Positions 38,733 through 48,743 of a stretch of DNA of 64,000 nt are shown here, piece after piece. Each line of letters begins with the position of its first letter. Position 1 is the stretch's first letter. The stretch lies in contig CAYUXI010000007.1 of the NCBI GenBank assembly GCA_964448855.1, positions 24,221 through 88,220 of the forward strand, written 5' to 3'. The stretch is from an uncultured Oscillospiraceae bacterium. Lineage in GTDB: Bacteria > Bacillota > Clostridia > Oscillospirales > QAMX01. The notes beneath the pieces are model-generated. The model was not told the origin of the DNA and searched no databases. It saw only the letters and a program-made list of their open reading frames with translations. Made by a program: the position numbers and the translations under genes.

Positions 38733-39875
38733 ATGATGCGGAAACTCTTTGCAGCCATCCGGAATTATTGCGCCCGAACGGATTTGCTGCTGCTATTGAT
38801 CGCCGTGGTCACTTCGGCATACGGCATGGTGCTGATCAGCAGCGCGGTTCACGCCAGCGGAAATACCCGCCCGCTGATCGTGCAGGGGATTGCCATCCTG
38901 CTCGGCATCGCGGCCTACCTGATTCTGACGCTCTTTGATCTGGAACATCTCTCGTCTCTCTGGAAAGCTGTTTTCTTCTGCAATCTGCTCCTGCTGTCCA
39001 CTACGCTGTTCTGGGGCGTCGGTATGCAGACAACAGGGAACAATAGCTGGATTCGTTTCTCACTCGGCGGCGTCGAAACGGGCATCCAACCGGCGGAAAT
39101 CGGCAAGGTGCTGTTCGTCTTCACATTGGCGAAGCATTTTCAGGTGCTCGGAACCCGCGTCAACAGCCTGCGCGGCCTCCTGATGCTGGTGCTGCACGGC
39201 GTCGTGCCGGTGGCATTCGTCTACCTGTTTTCCAAGGATGACGGGATGGCGCTGTCCTATCTGTTCATCTTCATCATCATGGCCTTTGCGGGCGGAATCT
39301 ACCTGCGCTACTGCGCAGCCGGGCTTGTTGTCGCTGGCGCTGCAGTGCCGCTTGCCTGGAATTTTGTCCTGGGTCAGTATCAGCGGGATCGTTTCATTGT
39401 CCTGTTTGACCGAACCTACAAGCTGGACAGCGTCGGATACCATCAGCACCAGAGCCTCTCCGCCATCCAAAGCGGCGGCCTCTGGGGCGATGGACTCTAT
39501 CAGGGCACCGTGACGCAATACGGCTATTTGCCGGCCAAGCAGACGGACTTTATCTTTTCCGTCGCCTGCGAGGAGCTGGGTTTTTTTGGCGGTCTGCTGA
39601 TTCTTGTCCTCCTCGGCACCATCATCGGCATCTGCGTGGCGGCAGCGCTGAAAATGCGGGATGATCGGTTCAGTATGCTGACCTGCATCGGGATTGCAGC
39701 CATGCTGACCTTCCAGACGTTCATCAATATCGGGATGAACCTCGGCATCGCCCCGGTTGTCGGCTTGACCCTCCCGTTGATCAGCTACGGCGGCACATCT
39801 GTCGTCACGATGTTTGCCGCACTCGGGATCGTCGCATCCCTGAAAAAGCACTATAACCGCCGAACGTTTCTGTGA
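38733..39875 (+). CDS. SEDS-family peptidoglycan glycosyltransferase (FtsW/RodA/SpoVE family).
   Basis: About 380 aa polytopic membrane protein with SEDS features (QPAEIGKV, LPLISYGGTS). Confidence 0.8.
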   Translation: MMRKLFAAIRNYCARTDLLLLLIAVVTSAYGMVLISSAVHASGNTRPLIVQGIAILLGIAAYLILTLFDLEHLSSLWKAVFFCNLLLLSTTLFWGVGMQTTGNNSWIRFSLGGVETGIQPAEIGKVLFVFTLAKHFQVLGTRVNSLRGLLMLVLHGVVPVAFVYLFSKDDGMALSYLFIFIIMAFAGGIYLRYCAAGLVVAGAAVPLAWNFVLGQYQRDRFIVLFDRTYKLDSVGYHQHQSLSAIQSGGLWGDGLYQGTVTQYGYLPAKQTDFIFSVACEELGFFGGLLILVLLGTIIGICVAAALKMRDDRFSMLTCIGIAAMLTFQTFINIGMNLGIAPVVGLTLPLISYGGTSVVTMFAALGIVASLKKHYNRRTFL

Positions 39876-40042
39876 CGGCCTGACCGTTCAAAACTGAGGG
39901 CAACAGTGGAAACAAGGTTTGGGAAGATTGTATATTGCAAAAACAGTTGCAAAATGGTATGATAATAGGCAAATTTGTATATGCCTTTGCGCCGGGCGTT
40001 GAGAACCCAGAGCAATGACAGGATAAAGGAAGGTTATGTAGG

Positions 40043-41101
40043 ATGGAAATCAAAGTTGAACGTACACAAACTCCGAAGGCCAAACCGCAGGGCGCGTTGG
40101 GTTTCGGAAAAGTCTTCACGGATCATATGCTGATCATGGACTACTCGACAGCAGAGGGCTGGCACGATGCGCGAATTGTTCCGTATGGTCCTGTTGCACT
40201 GGATCCGTCGGCCATGGTTTTCCATTATGGCTTGGAGAATTTTGAAGGCATGAAAGCATATCGCACCGACGACGGCAGAACGCTGCTGTTCCGCCCGTGG
40301 GAAAATGCCCGCCGCATGAACAACTCCTGTGATCGTCTCTGTATGCCGCAGATCGACGAGAATTTGTGGGTTGAATGCGTTCGCAAGGTTGTCGAAACCG
40401 ATCTTGACTGGGTGCCGACCAATCCGGGCGAAGCGCTGTATATCCGCCCGTTCATGATCGCGACCGACGCGGCGCTGGGCGTTCGTGCATCGGATCATTA
40501 TATGTTCATTGTCATTCTTTCTCCGAGCGGCAGCTACTATGCTCACGGTCTGAGCCCGGTTCGTATTTACATCGAAACGGAATACGTCCGTGCGGTCAAA
40601 GGCGGCACCGGCTTCGCAAAATGCGGCGGCAACTATGCGGCGTCCATCAAGTCGCAGGTCAATGCTCATGAAGCGGGCTACGATCAGGTTCTGTGGCTGG
40701 ACGGCGTTCACCGCGAATTCATTGAAGAAGTCGGCGCAATGAACATCTTCTTCAAGATCGACGGCGAAATCGTCACACCGGCTCTGGAAGGCAGCATCCT
40801 GCCGGGCATCACCAGAAAATCCAGCATTGAACTGCTGAAAGCCCATGGCTACCGCGTCAGTGAACGCCGCCTCTCCGTCAAGGAAGTCGAAGAAGCCGGC
40901 CGCGCTGGCAAGCTCGAAGAAATCTTCGGCACAGGCACCGCCGCCGTCATTTCCCCGGTCGGTGAGCTGAAAATCGGCGATGAGAAGATCTGCATCAACA
41001 ACGGCGAAATCGGCCCGGTTTCCCAGTGGCTGTATGACACGCTGACAGGCATCCAGTGGGGTCGCCTGCCGGATACACATGGCTGGATGATGGAAATCTG
41101 A
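40043..41101 (+). CDS. ilvE: Branched-chain-amino-acid aminotransferase.
   Basis: Fold-type IV PLP aminotransferase motifs (FEGMKAY, GGTGFAKCGGNYAAS, EIFGTGTAAVISPV). Confidence 0.9.
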   Translation: MEIKVERTQTPKAKPQGALGFGKVFTDHMLIMDYSTAEGWHDARIVPYGPVALDPSAMVFHYGLENFEGMKAYRTDDGRTLLFRPWENARRMNNSCDRLCMPQIDENLWVECVRKVVETDLDWVPTNPGEALYIRPFMIATDAALGVRASDHYMFIVILSPSGSYYAHGLSPVRIYIETEYVRAVKGGTGFAKCGGNYAASIKSQVNAHEAGYDQVLWLDGVHREFIEEVGAMNIFFKIDGEIVTPALEGSILPGITRKSSIELLKAHGYRVSERRLSVKEVEEAGRAGKLEEIFGTGTAAVISPVGELKIGDEKICINNGEIGPVSQWLYDTLTGIQWGRLPDTHGWMMEI

Positions 41102-41199
41102 CAGCCCTCGCATTCAAAAGAGCATCATAATCACATTCCCGTACGCAGGGCTCGTTTCCCTGCGTACGGGTTCTGAATGATTCGGAGGAAATCGTCACA

Positions 41200-42246
41200 A
41201 TGGCAGGGAAGAAACAGACGAAAAGTGTGCTGGGTAGACTGGCCAAACGGTATTTTATCGATGCACTTTCCGCAATGGCGTTGGGATTGTTTGCATCTCT
41301 GATTATCGGGACAATCATTGACCTGCTTGCAAAAATCCCGGTCAAACACTTTGATCTCCTGAAAAACTATGCGGACGCCGCAAAGGGCGTAACGGGCGCG
41401 GCCATCGGTGCCGCCATTGCCTACGGCATGAAATGCAAGCCGCTGGTCATTTTTTCAAACATCGCAGTCGGCGCGTTTGCCTATACAGCCGGCGGCGGCG
41501 GCCCGTTCAATGCGTACATCGCAGCGGTCGTTGGTGCTGAAGTCGGCAACCTGATTGCCGGTCGGACAGAGTTCGATATCGTTCTTGTCCCGATCTGCAC
41601 CATTCTGCCGGGCTGCATCATTGGCGGCCTGACCGGCCCGTATATTGGCATCGCCATGAAAGCCATCGGCCAGTTCATTCAACACGCGACAGAGGTCAGT
41701 CCCATCCCGATGGGTATCATCATTTCCGTTGTCATGGGCATGATTCTCACCGCGCCGATTTCCAGTGCGGCCATTGCCGTTTCGATTGGCCTGTCCGGAC
41801 TGGCAGGGGGTGCCGCCTGCGTCGGCTGCTGCGCCAATATGGTCGGCTTTGCCGTCGCCAGCTACCGTGAAAACGGGTTTGGCGGCTTGATCTCTCAGGG
41901 GCTTGGAACCTCCATGCTCCAGGTCGGAAACATCGTGCGCCGTCCGCAAATCTGGCTGCCTGCCATCATTGCAAGCGCAGTCCTGGGGCCGGTTTCCACC
42001 GCGATTTTCCATATGACAACCACCCCCACCGGTGCCGGCATGGGGACGAGCGGCCTGGTCGGCCAGTTCGCAACCTATGAATCGATGATCGCAGATGGCC
42101 GCGACCCGGTCTACGTGATCATTGTCATCCTTCTGATGCATTTCGTGCTTCCGGCGTTCCTGGCGCTCGGCGTCAGCGAGGGAATGCGTAAAGCGGGCTG
42201 GATCCGACCGAACGATATGCTTCTCCGCGATGACATCGGAAAATAA
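41200..42246 (+). CDS. PfoR-like membrane protein (PTS EIIC-related family, COG3641).
   Basis: 348 aa Gly/Ala-rich polytopic membrane protein. Composition and length match PfoR-family EIIC-like proteins. Confidence 0.5.
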   Translation: MAGKKQTKSVLGRLAKRYFIDALSAMALGLFASLIIGTIIDLLAKIPVKHFDLLKNYADAAKGVTGAAIGAAIAYGMKCKPLVIFSNIAVGAFAYTAGGGGPFNAYIAAVVGAEVGNLIAGRTEFDIVLVPICTILPGCIIGGLTGPYIGIAMKAIGQFIQHATEVSPIPMGIIISVVMGMILTAPISSAAIAVSIGLSGLAGGAACVGCCANMVGFAVASYRENGFGGLISQGLGTSMLQVGNIVRRPQIWLPAIIASAVLGPVSTAIFHMTTTPTGAGMGTSGLVGQFATYESMIADGRDPVYVIIVILLMHFVLPAFLALGVSEGMRKAGWIRPNDMLLRDDIGK

Positions 42247-42281
42247 TTCTGCCAAAATCGCGAGAAAGTCCGATTTTCCTC

Positions 42282-42310
42282 TTGCAATTAACGGGCTTCT
42301 GTGATATAAT
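42282..42310 (+). promoter_or_regulatory. Sigma-A promoter for rpsT (-35 TTGCAA, 17 bp spacer, -10 TATAAT).
   Basis: Motifs read in the sequence. Confidence 0.5.
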
Positions 42311-42360
42311 TATAATTACTGTGATTTAGGTGAATCTAACGCGCAAGGAGGTGTTTTGAA

Positions 42361-42624
42361 ATGCCGAATATCAAATCTGCAAAGAAACGTGTATTGGTGG
42401 CGGAAGTTAAAACGCTGCAAAACCGTATGGTGAAATCATCGCTCAAAACTGCCGTGAAAAAAGCGGACGCGGCGATTGAAGCCGGCGATAAGGCGAAGGC
42501 TGCTGCTGCCGTTCAGGTCGCAGTGAAAGTCATCGATAAGGCTGCCGCAAAGGGCGTTATTCATAAAAACAACGCCGCTCACAAGAAGAGCAGAATCGCG
42601 CTGAAGTACAGCAAACTGGCATAA
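42361..42624 (+). CDS. rpsT: 30S ribosomal protein S20.
   Basis: MPNIKSAKKRV... is the conserved S20 N-terminus; 87 aa. Confidence 0.92.
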   Translation: MPNIKSAKKRVLVAEVKTLQNRMVKSSLKTAVKKADAAIEAGDKAKAAAAVQVAVKVIDKAAAKGVIHKNNAAHKKSRIALKYSKLA

Positions 42625-42636
42625 GTGCGCAACAAA

Positions 42637-42665
42637 AACCGACGGTTTCTACCGTCGGTTTTTTA
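42637..42665. terminator. Bidirectional Rho-independent terminator after rpsT and the convergent ABC-2 permease gene.
   Basis: AACCGACGGT-ttct-ACCGTCGGTT stem flanked by an A-run and a T-run. Confidence 0.65.
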
Positions 42666-42676
42666 CTGCCCAAAAT

Positions 42677-43414
42677 CTATGATGGCTTGCGAACGCGCCG
42701 CAGAAAGAGCCCAATTGCCAGAACCCCCGTCAGCAATGTATAGCCGACAATCCAGAGCATATGCGGCAGCAGACTCTTCAACGCTTCGCCGCTCAGAATG
42801 CCGCGCTCTAACCGGACGATATGCGCAAACGGCAGTAGATTCGTTACGCACCGAAATCCGCGCCCCATCCAGTCCAAATCCAGCCATGCGCCGGACACCC
42901 ACGCGGACAGATTGATGAAGAGCCCGCCACAGATGAATCCTAACTGCGTGACCGATAAAATTGCACCAAAGATCAGCCCGATGGACGTGTAGAGCAGCGC
43001 AATCGGTATCAGTGAAAGAATCACCGGAATCAGCCGAAGCGTTGGGCGCAGACCGAGCAGAAGTGCTGCTAAATAGCAGACACAGCCCTGCATGGCCGCC
43101 ATGGGCAAAAGTGGCAGCGTGTACCCCAACAGAAAATCCGCGGTTGTCATAGGCGTCGTCGAGAGCCGGGCGAGCAGCGCGCTTTCCCGATCTTTGGCCA
43201 AGAGGCTGCCGCTGAATAAGGTGAAAAAGGACAGACCGAACACAGAGATGCCGGGCGTCAGGGAAGTCAGCTCAAACAGTGGCACAGGGACGCTGGACTG
43301 AATGAGCGCCATCAATCCGAGCAGCAGCAGCGGGAAGGCCAGCCCAAATGCAAACGTCAGGGGATCCCGCAGGAGTTCCTTTGTGACGCGACTGGCAAAT
43401 GCACACAGCTTCAT
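42677..43414 (-). CDS. ABC-2 family transporter permease.
   Basis: Six-TM ABC-2 profile; start MKLCAF... after a GGAGGAAATCAG RBS. Its start overlaps the stop of the upstream ATPase frame (ATGA). Confidence 0.7.
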   Translation of the reverse strand: MKLCAFASRVTKELLRDPLTFAFGLAFPLLLLGLMALIQSSVPVPLFELTSLTPGISVFGLSFFTLFSGSLLAKDRESALLARLSTTPMTTADFLLGYTLPLLPMAAMQGCVCYLAALLLGLRPTLRLIPVILSLIPIALLYTSIGLIFGAILSVTQLGFICGGLFINLSAWVSGAWLDLDWMGRGFRCVTNLLPFAHIVRLERGILSGEALKSLLPHMLWIVGYTLLTGVLAIGLFLRRVRKPS

Positions 43415-44147
43415 CTGATTTCCTCCTTGACAAGTTGCAAAAATGCATCCTCCAAATGACTGGTTCCGGTCTCTTTCATCAGCTCCGACGGCGAACCGAG
43501 CGCGAGCAGATGCCCCGCCTTCAAAATGCCGACCCGGCTGGCAAGCTGCTCCGCCTCTTCCATGGAATGCGTCGTCAATATCATCGTGATACTGCCGGTC
43601 AACTCCCGAATCACATCCCAAAGCTCACGGCGCGCAAGGATATCCAGCCCCAGCGTCGGCTCATACAAGAACAGAATCTGTGGCTTGCCAATGAGCGCCA
43701 TGGCGATGCTCAGGCGGCGCTGATACCCTCCGGACAGCGTCGCAGCTTTTTGACGCAGCACATCCGTCAGCCGGAAACACGCCGACAGCGCGTCAACACG
43801 CCTAAGCTGCTCTGCACGGGGATGTCGTACAACCCGCTCATCAACAGCAAATTTTCCTGCACGGTCAAATGCGTCGCAATCGCTGTTTCCTGCGGCGATA
43901 CACCGATACACGACCGCACCCCGCACAAATCGGTCAGAATGCTGTGATTGCATAACCATGCATCACCAGATGTGGGACGCGTCAGCCCGGACAGCATTCG
44001 AAGGGTCGTTGTTTTCCCTGCACCGTTGACACCGAGCAGCGCAAAGCATTCACCCGCGTGAACAGTCAGATCGAGTGAATTGACCACCGTCCGCGTGCCG
44101 TACCGCTTCGTCAGCGCCTGAACCAGAATGGCTTCCTGTTTGCTCAT
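43411..44147 (-). pseudogene. ABC transporter ATP-binding protein gene disrupted by a 1 bp frameshift in a G4/C4 homopolymer (about 43818-43821). Its Walker B Asp is replaced by Tyr (ILFLYEPT).
   Basis: The N-terminal part (Walker A GVNGAGKTT) and the C-terminal part (LSGGYQRRLSIA, H-loop TTHS) sit in different frames. Restoring one C gives a continuous ...LYDIPRAEQLRRVDAL... reading. Confidence 0.6.
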
Positions 44148-44716
44148 CCAATCGCCTCCTGCGCAAAACGGAGCTTGAGCCCCTCAAAAACATCCGTCAG
44201 AGAGCGGCTGATAAAATCGTCGTCCCAATTCAGATACGCAGTCGCCAGCATCGTTGCAACGCCGTGTACGTATATCCAAACCTCTAAATGAAACCGATAG
44301 GCCTGTTCTGCCGAAAAACCGGTTGCCCCCTGAATCACACGAATCAGCTGCTCCATGTCCGGCGCAGACGCTTCATGGTGTGGCTGCTCACTGCGGTCAC
44401 ACATAAACAACAGCCGAAACAATGCGGGCTCCTCCCGTGCAAACCGGATGTAGGCCATCCCAGTACTCTTGTAGACCGGGTATTGATGACTTTCAACCAA
44501 CTCCTGCGTCATCTGGTGATACAAGGCTTCCGCACGGCGCACAACGGCCAACCGGACCTCCTCCATCCCGTCAAACTGTCCGAAGATCGGCTTGGCAGAC
44601 GTGCCGAGGGCTTCACCGAGCGATCGCGCCGTGACCGCCTCAATCCCTTTGGAACGCGCCAGCTCCAGTGCGGCCAGCTCGATCTCAGCCCGGCTGTATT
44701 TGCTTCTTGGCGGCAT
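44144..44716 (-). CDS. TetR/AcrR-family transcriptional regulator.
   Basis: N-terminal HTH (YSRAEIELAALELARSKGIEAVTARSLGEALGTSAKPIF); first gene of the operon with the ABC-2 transporter. Confidence 0.75.
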   Translation of the reverse strand: MPPRSKYSRAEIELAALELARSKGIEAVTARSLGEALGTSAKPIFGQFDGMEEVRLAVVRRAEALYHQMTQELVESHQYPVYKSTGMAYIRFAREEPALFRLLFMCDRSEQPHHEASAPDMEQLIRVIQGATGFSAEQAYRFHLEVWIYVHGVATMLATAYLNWDDDFISRSLTDVFEGLKLRFAQEAIG

Positions 44717-44746
44717 CCTGTCCTCCTCCTCTATGAATCGCAAAAT

Positions 44747-44760
44747 GCAACATATGTTGC
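44747..44760. promoter_or_regulatory. Perfect 14 bp palindrome GCAACATATGTTGC about 30 bp upstream of the TetR start; candidate TetR operator.
   Basis: Palindrome read in the sequence; its position fits an autoregulatory operator. Confidence 0.35.
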
Positions 44761-44943
44761 GCAACTTATGTTTCCTATTATATCACACACCTGCCAGCCT
44801 GTCAAGTGCTACAGTGCGAAAACCACGAAGCGCCCGACCGGATGTTGTAAGCCGGCTGAATGATGCCGCACATCCTGCGGTGCGCCCTGCCATCCAAACA
44901 AAATGAACCGCCGCCGCAAATTATTTGCGGCGGCGGTTTGACG

Positions 44944-46350
44944 TTATTCCTGTGCGTTCTCTGCTTCGGGTGCAGCGGGGGCAGGATTGGTGGATTCGTG
45001 CGATTTGCCGAGATACTCCGGCAAGTCCATACCGGCCATCTGGAACAGCTCGTTCATCGGCGGAATGGATTTCATTAGCGAGGAGACAAAGTTGGAAGTC
45101 GAGGATGTACCATCCTTCGCGCCCTGATCCCAGACGGTGATTTTGTCGATCTTGAGGTTCTGAATCGCCTCCACCTGTGTGCGAACCAGCGTCTCGATCT
45201 TGTCGGCAATCATCAGCTTGACGGCTTCGCTGGGGTTTCCGCCGGCGGCGCGGACAATCTCGGCCAGACCGGCGGCCTGACGCGTCAATTGCTCCTCCAT
45301 ACCGCGAGCTTCTGCTTCCATCCGGGCATACAAAGCCTCCGCTTCGCCCTGCGCACGGATTTTTTCGCGCTCCGCCTCAGCCTGTGCTTCGATCTCAATC
45401 TTCTTGCGGTTGATTTCGGACTGCACGATGATATCCGCTTCGAGCGTCGCCTTCTCCTTGTCGGCACGAGCCAGCTCCGCGGCCTGCTCAGCAGCATAGG
45501 ATTCCTGCAGCGCATTCGCGGCAGCAATCTTTTCGGCGGCGGTGGCACGGCGCAGCGCATCGGCTTCAACTTCACGGCGCGTTGCGTTGGACTGCGAAAT
45601 TTCGGCCTGTGCCTTGTTTTCGCCCTGAATGGCCTGCGCATTGGCGTTTGCAACCTTGATTCGCTGGTCGGTGTTCGCATTCGATTCACCGACAGCACCG
45701 TCGCGGTTCTTTTCCGCAACCGACCGCTTGGCGTCGTTGATGGCCTTGGCAGCGGCCTCTTTACCCAACGCCTCAATATAGCCGGATTCATCGTTGATAT
45801 CGGTGACGTTTACGTTGATCAACCGCAGACCGATTTTCTTCAACTCGGTTTCGACGTTGCCGGAAACGGCGAGCAGGAATTTATCCCGGTCGGCGTTAAT
45901 TTCTTCGATGTCCATCGTTGCAATCACAAGACGCAGCTGACCCAGAATGATATCTTTGGCCAGCTCCTGAATTTCTGCCAGCTTGAGCCCCAAAAGCCGC
46001 TCCGCAGCATTTTGCATGATGGACGGCTCTGTCGAAATACCGACGGTGAAGCGCGAGGGGACATCAATTCGGATGTTCTGACGCGACAGCGCGTTGCGAA
46101 GATCGACACTGATGGAGATCGGCGTCAGATCGAGGTATTCATAGGCCTGAAAGACCGGCCAGACAAAGGAAGCACCGCCGTGAATACAACGCGCCGAACG
46201 CGCCGTGCCGTCAGCATTGCTCCCGACCTTACCGTAGACGACCATGATTTTGTCGGACGGACATTTCCGAAACCGCGACACAATCAGAATCAGAAGTGTG
46301 AAAAAGATCACAACTGCAACGGTAATGAAACCAATGACAAAGGGTGACAT
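44944..46350 (-). CDS. Flotillin-family protein (SPFH / band 7 domain; FloT/YqiK-like).
   Basis: N-terminal TM helix, SPFH domain, then a long Ala/Glu-rich coiled-coil region; 468 aa. Confidence 0.8.
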   Translation of the reverse strand: MSPFVIGFITVAVVIFFTLLILIVSRFRKCPSDKIMVVYGKVGSNADGTARSARCIHGGASFVWPVFQAYEYLDLTPISISVDLRNALSRQNIRIDVPSRFTVGISTEPSIMQNAAERLLGLKLAEIQELAKDIILGQLRLVIATMDIEEINADRDKFLLAVSGNVETELKKIGLRLINVNVTDINDESGYIEALGKEAAAKAINDAKRSVAEKNRDGAVGESNANTDQRIKVANANAQAIQGENKAQAEISQSNATRREVEADALRRATAAEKIAAANALQESYAAEQAAELARADKEKATLEADIIVQSEINRKKIEIEAQAEAEREKIRAQGEAEALYARMEAEARGMEEQLTRQAAGLAEIVRAAGGNPSEAVKLMIADKIETLVRTQVEAIQNLKIDKITVWDQGAKDGTSSTSNFVSSLMKSIPPMNELFQMAGMDLPEYLGKSHESTNPAPAAPEAENAQE

Positions 46351-46404
46351 GAGAAAACCTCCTGAAAATTATAATGAAAGGAAACGACAATCGGGGCAGG
46401 GGAG

Positions 46405-47025
46405 CTATGTACGGGAGAGCGGCTCAACGATCAGTGCATCGCCGAGTACACCCGTCACCTGAACCTTGGAACCGGTTGGCAGAAACGAATCGCCTGCCCA
46501 CACGGCAGCCTGTTCACAAAAACGCCCCTGTAAAACCAGATTGATTTTTCCGTTGGATGACTGGCCTGGCGGAATGGGGATATAGACCTCACCGGTCAGC
46601 CCGATGGCATTTTCCAGACAGATGGCACCGTTGTTCTGCAAACGGAGAACCGTATGCATGACCCATGCGTACAGCACGTCGGCGAGCAGACCGGCCGCCA
46701 GACCGATCAACAGGGAAAGCCAGACGGATAGCCCGGTGCTGGCCACGAGCGCACTCCAGCCGCCTATGGCCAGAAAAACCAGAACGCCACGCAGCGTCAA
46801 CAGCCGCAGACCGCCAAATTCCCCAAACGCCATGCCGTAATCGCCGTTCGATACATCGTCCGGAATGCCGTCGCCGTCCAAATCCACCTCAAAATCCGGT
46901 TCGTCGTCACCGCCGAGCCCGAAAAGGAGCAGGATGAACTGAATCAACAGCACAACGGAGACGGGTAACGCGACACAGAGCAGAATCTGTTGAAACAGTG
47001 TCAGCGATTCCCAAAAAATACGCAT
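46405..47025 (-). CDS. NfeD-like membrane protein (flotillin-associated OB-fold protein, YqiJ/DUF1449-type).
   Basis: Membrane N-terminus, acidic linker and C-terminal beta-rich OB-like segment, located directly upstream of the flotillin gene. Confidence 0.55.
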   Translation of the reverse strand: MRIFWESLTLFQQILLCVALPVSVVLLIQFILLLFGLGGDDEPDFEVDLDGDGIPDDVSNGDYGMAFGEFGGLRLLTLRGVLVFLAIGGWSALVASTGLSVWLSLLIGLAAGLLADVLYAWVMHTVLRLQNNGAICLENAIGLTGEVYIPIPPGQSSNGKINLVLQGRFCEQAAVWAGDSFLPTGSKVQVTGVLGDALIVEPLSRT

Positions 47026-47062
47026 CCATCAAAACCTCCTTTCTGCATGAAACGGCTGGCCG

Positions 47063-47605
47063 TCAAAGCTCGTCAATCCAGTTTTCGACGCGTTGCCGAA
47101 TCAGGATGGATTGATAACAGACGCTCATCAAAAGCAAAACCGTTCGAATGCGTGGACGTGCAGCTGCCGGTTCGATGGAAGCGGTCTGCACGTCCGCAAA
47201 CGCTTCCATCTGTTCAAAGGTGTGGTAATTGTTTTCCTGCAGAACGACAGCCATGCGGCAAAACAGATCGTACAAGCGACTGTCCGCAATCAAATCGTCC
47301 GATGTATCGACCAGCGAACCGTTGACGAAGCGAATGAGCTGTGCAATCTTTTCCAGCGGCAAGCTGTCCCGCAGAGCGTTGATGATCAGAATGCGTGCCA
47401 CCTGATCAATGGTATAGTGCTTGTTGATCGGCGGTGCCACGTAACCGCGCTTGATCCAGTTCTGAATGACAGCAGTCTCCAAACCGGTTATCTGGCGAAG
47501 CTGTCCCATCACCAACCCTCCGCTGTCCCACAGGACGTCCGGAATGCAGGCCAGCGGATTGAAATGCTCCGGGTCGGTTTCCAGAATGGTTCCGGGTGCA
47601 AACAT
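47063..47605 (-). CDS. DUF1836-domain protein.
   Basis: TAVIQNWIKRGYVAPP resembles the conserved DUF1836 core. Start chosen at MFAPGT after a GAGAGG RBS. Confidence 0.45.
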   Translation of the reverse strand: MFAPGTILETDPEHFNPLACIPDVLWDSGGLVMGQLRQITGLETAVIQNWIKRGYVAPPINKHYTIDQVARILIINALRDSLPLEKIAQLIRFVNGSLVDTSDDLIADSRLYDLFCRMAVVLQENNYHTFEQMEAFADVQTASIEPAAARPRIRTVLLLMSVCYQSILIRQRVENWIDEL

Positions 47606-47846
47606 CGAAATCACAACCTCTCTACTGAATCATTCATGCAGTGGAATGCCGTTCGGCACCACCTCTCTGAACAATATTATGATAGCATAAACGGTCATAT
47701 GAATGCAACAGACGGTCAAGTGACTGTGATATGAAGAGAACAAAACAGATTCAAATAGCTCCATCACTCTATGATTCTCGCTGTTTTTCTCTGAATTACG
47801 CCAATTTTCGATTACAGAAGAACGGTATACGCCGTAGCATCGTACG

Positions 47847-47884
47847 CAAAAACCGATGGACACTCGTTTGTATCCATCGGTTTG
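47847..47884. terminator. Bidirectional terminator-like hairpin downstream of the HAD gene.
   Basis: CCGATGGA-12 nt loop-TCCATCGG stem flanked by AAAAA and TTTG. Confidence 0.45.
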
Positions 47885-47930
47885 CAAAAGACTTGATTGG
47901 TAGTTGGATGTGGTACAGCCCCATGACCGA

Positions 47931-48725
47931 TCAAAGTGCATCGCACAGCTCACGGACAGAGGGGAAAATCCAGTCGGCGTGAACCTCGTGCTGCGCCTGA
48001 TAATCGGCCAGACTCGTCTCACCGGACAAGACCAAAACGGCCGTCATTCCGGCGTTGTTGGCAAAGCGAATATCCGTGGAGAGACGATCCCCGACCATGG
48101 CCGTCGTCTCCATGCACAGATGATAGCGGGCAGACGCGGCTGCGGCCATCGCAGCTTCCGGCTTGCCGAATACGGTCGGTGTGCGGCCGGTCGCCGTCTG
48201 AATCAGGGCAATCATCGCACCGGCATCCGGAATGAACCCGTTTTCCACCGGGCAAACGCGATCGGGATGCGTTGCGAAATAGGGGATACCGCCATCGATC
48301 AAACGGCAGGCCGTTTCCAGCCGCTCATAGGTCAGGGTCTTGTCGAAACCGAGCAGCACACAGTCGGGCGGAATCTCCGTATCGTTGACGATGCGCAGCC
48401 CGTAGCCGGTGAGCTGGTCGGCCAGCTGCGGCGTCCCCAACAGGTAGACCGCAGGCGGCTTCTGAAAATGCTGCAACAGGGAAACGGCTGCGGCATCGCC
48501 GGAGGTGAAAATGTCGTCTGCAACAGCGGGAATCCCGAGACGATGCAGCTTCTCAACGTACATGGCAGGGGATGCAGAGGAATTGTTGGTCAGAAAGATC
48601 GCCCGGCCGCCTTTTTCACGGATTCTGTTCAGCAGAGGCAGCGTCCCTTCGAATAAACGATTGCCGAGATAAATGGTTCCGTCCATGTCGAGAAGAAAGT
48701 CACGGATTTGAGAAATGGCCTGCAT
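47931..48725 (-). CDS. HAD-IIA family hydrolase (NagD/AraL-like sugar-phosphate phosphatase).
   Basis: DMDGTIY motif I and the C-terminal GDRLSTDI motif; 264 aa. Confidence 0.75.
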   Translation of the reverse strand: MQAISQIRDFLLDMDGTIYLGNRLFEGTLPLLNRIREKGGRAIFLTNNSSASPAMYVEKLHRLGIPAVADDIFTSGDAAAVSLLQHFQKPPAVYLLGTPQLADQLTGYGLRIVNDTEIPPDCVLLGFDKTLTYERLETACRLIDGGIPYFATHPDRVCPVENGFIPDAGAMIALIQTATGRTPTVFGKPEAAMAAAASARYHLCMETTAMVGDRLSTDIRFANNAGMTAVLVLSGETSLADYQAQHEVHADWIFPSVRELCDAL

Positions 48726-48743
48726 AGCTCCGCTCCTTTCGCC

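Noticed and set aside
47731-47982. 83-aa plus-strand ORF in the DUF1836-HAD intergenic region.
   Set aside because: It has no RBS, spans a terminator hairpin, and overlaps the 3' end of the HAD gene on the opposite strand.
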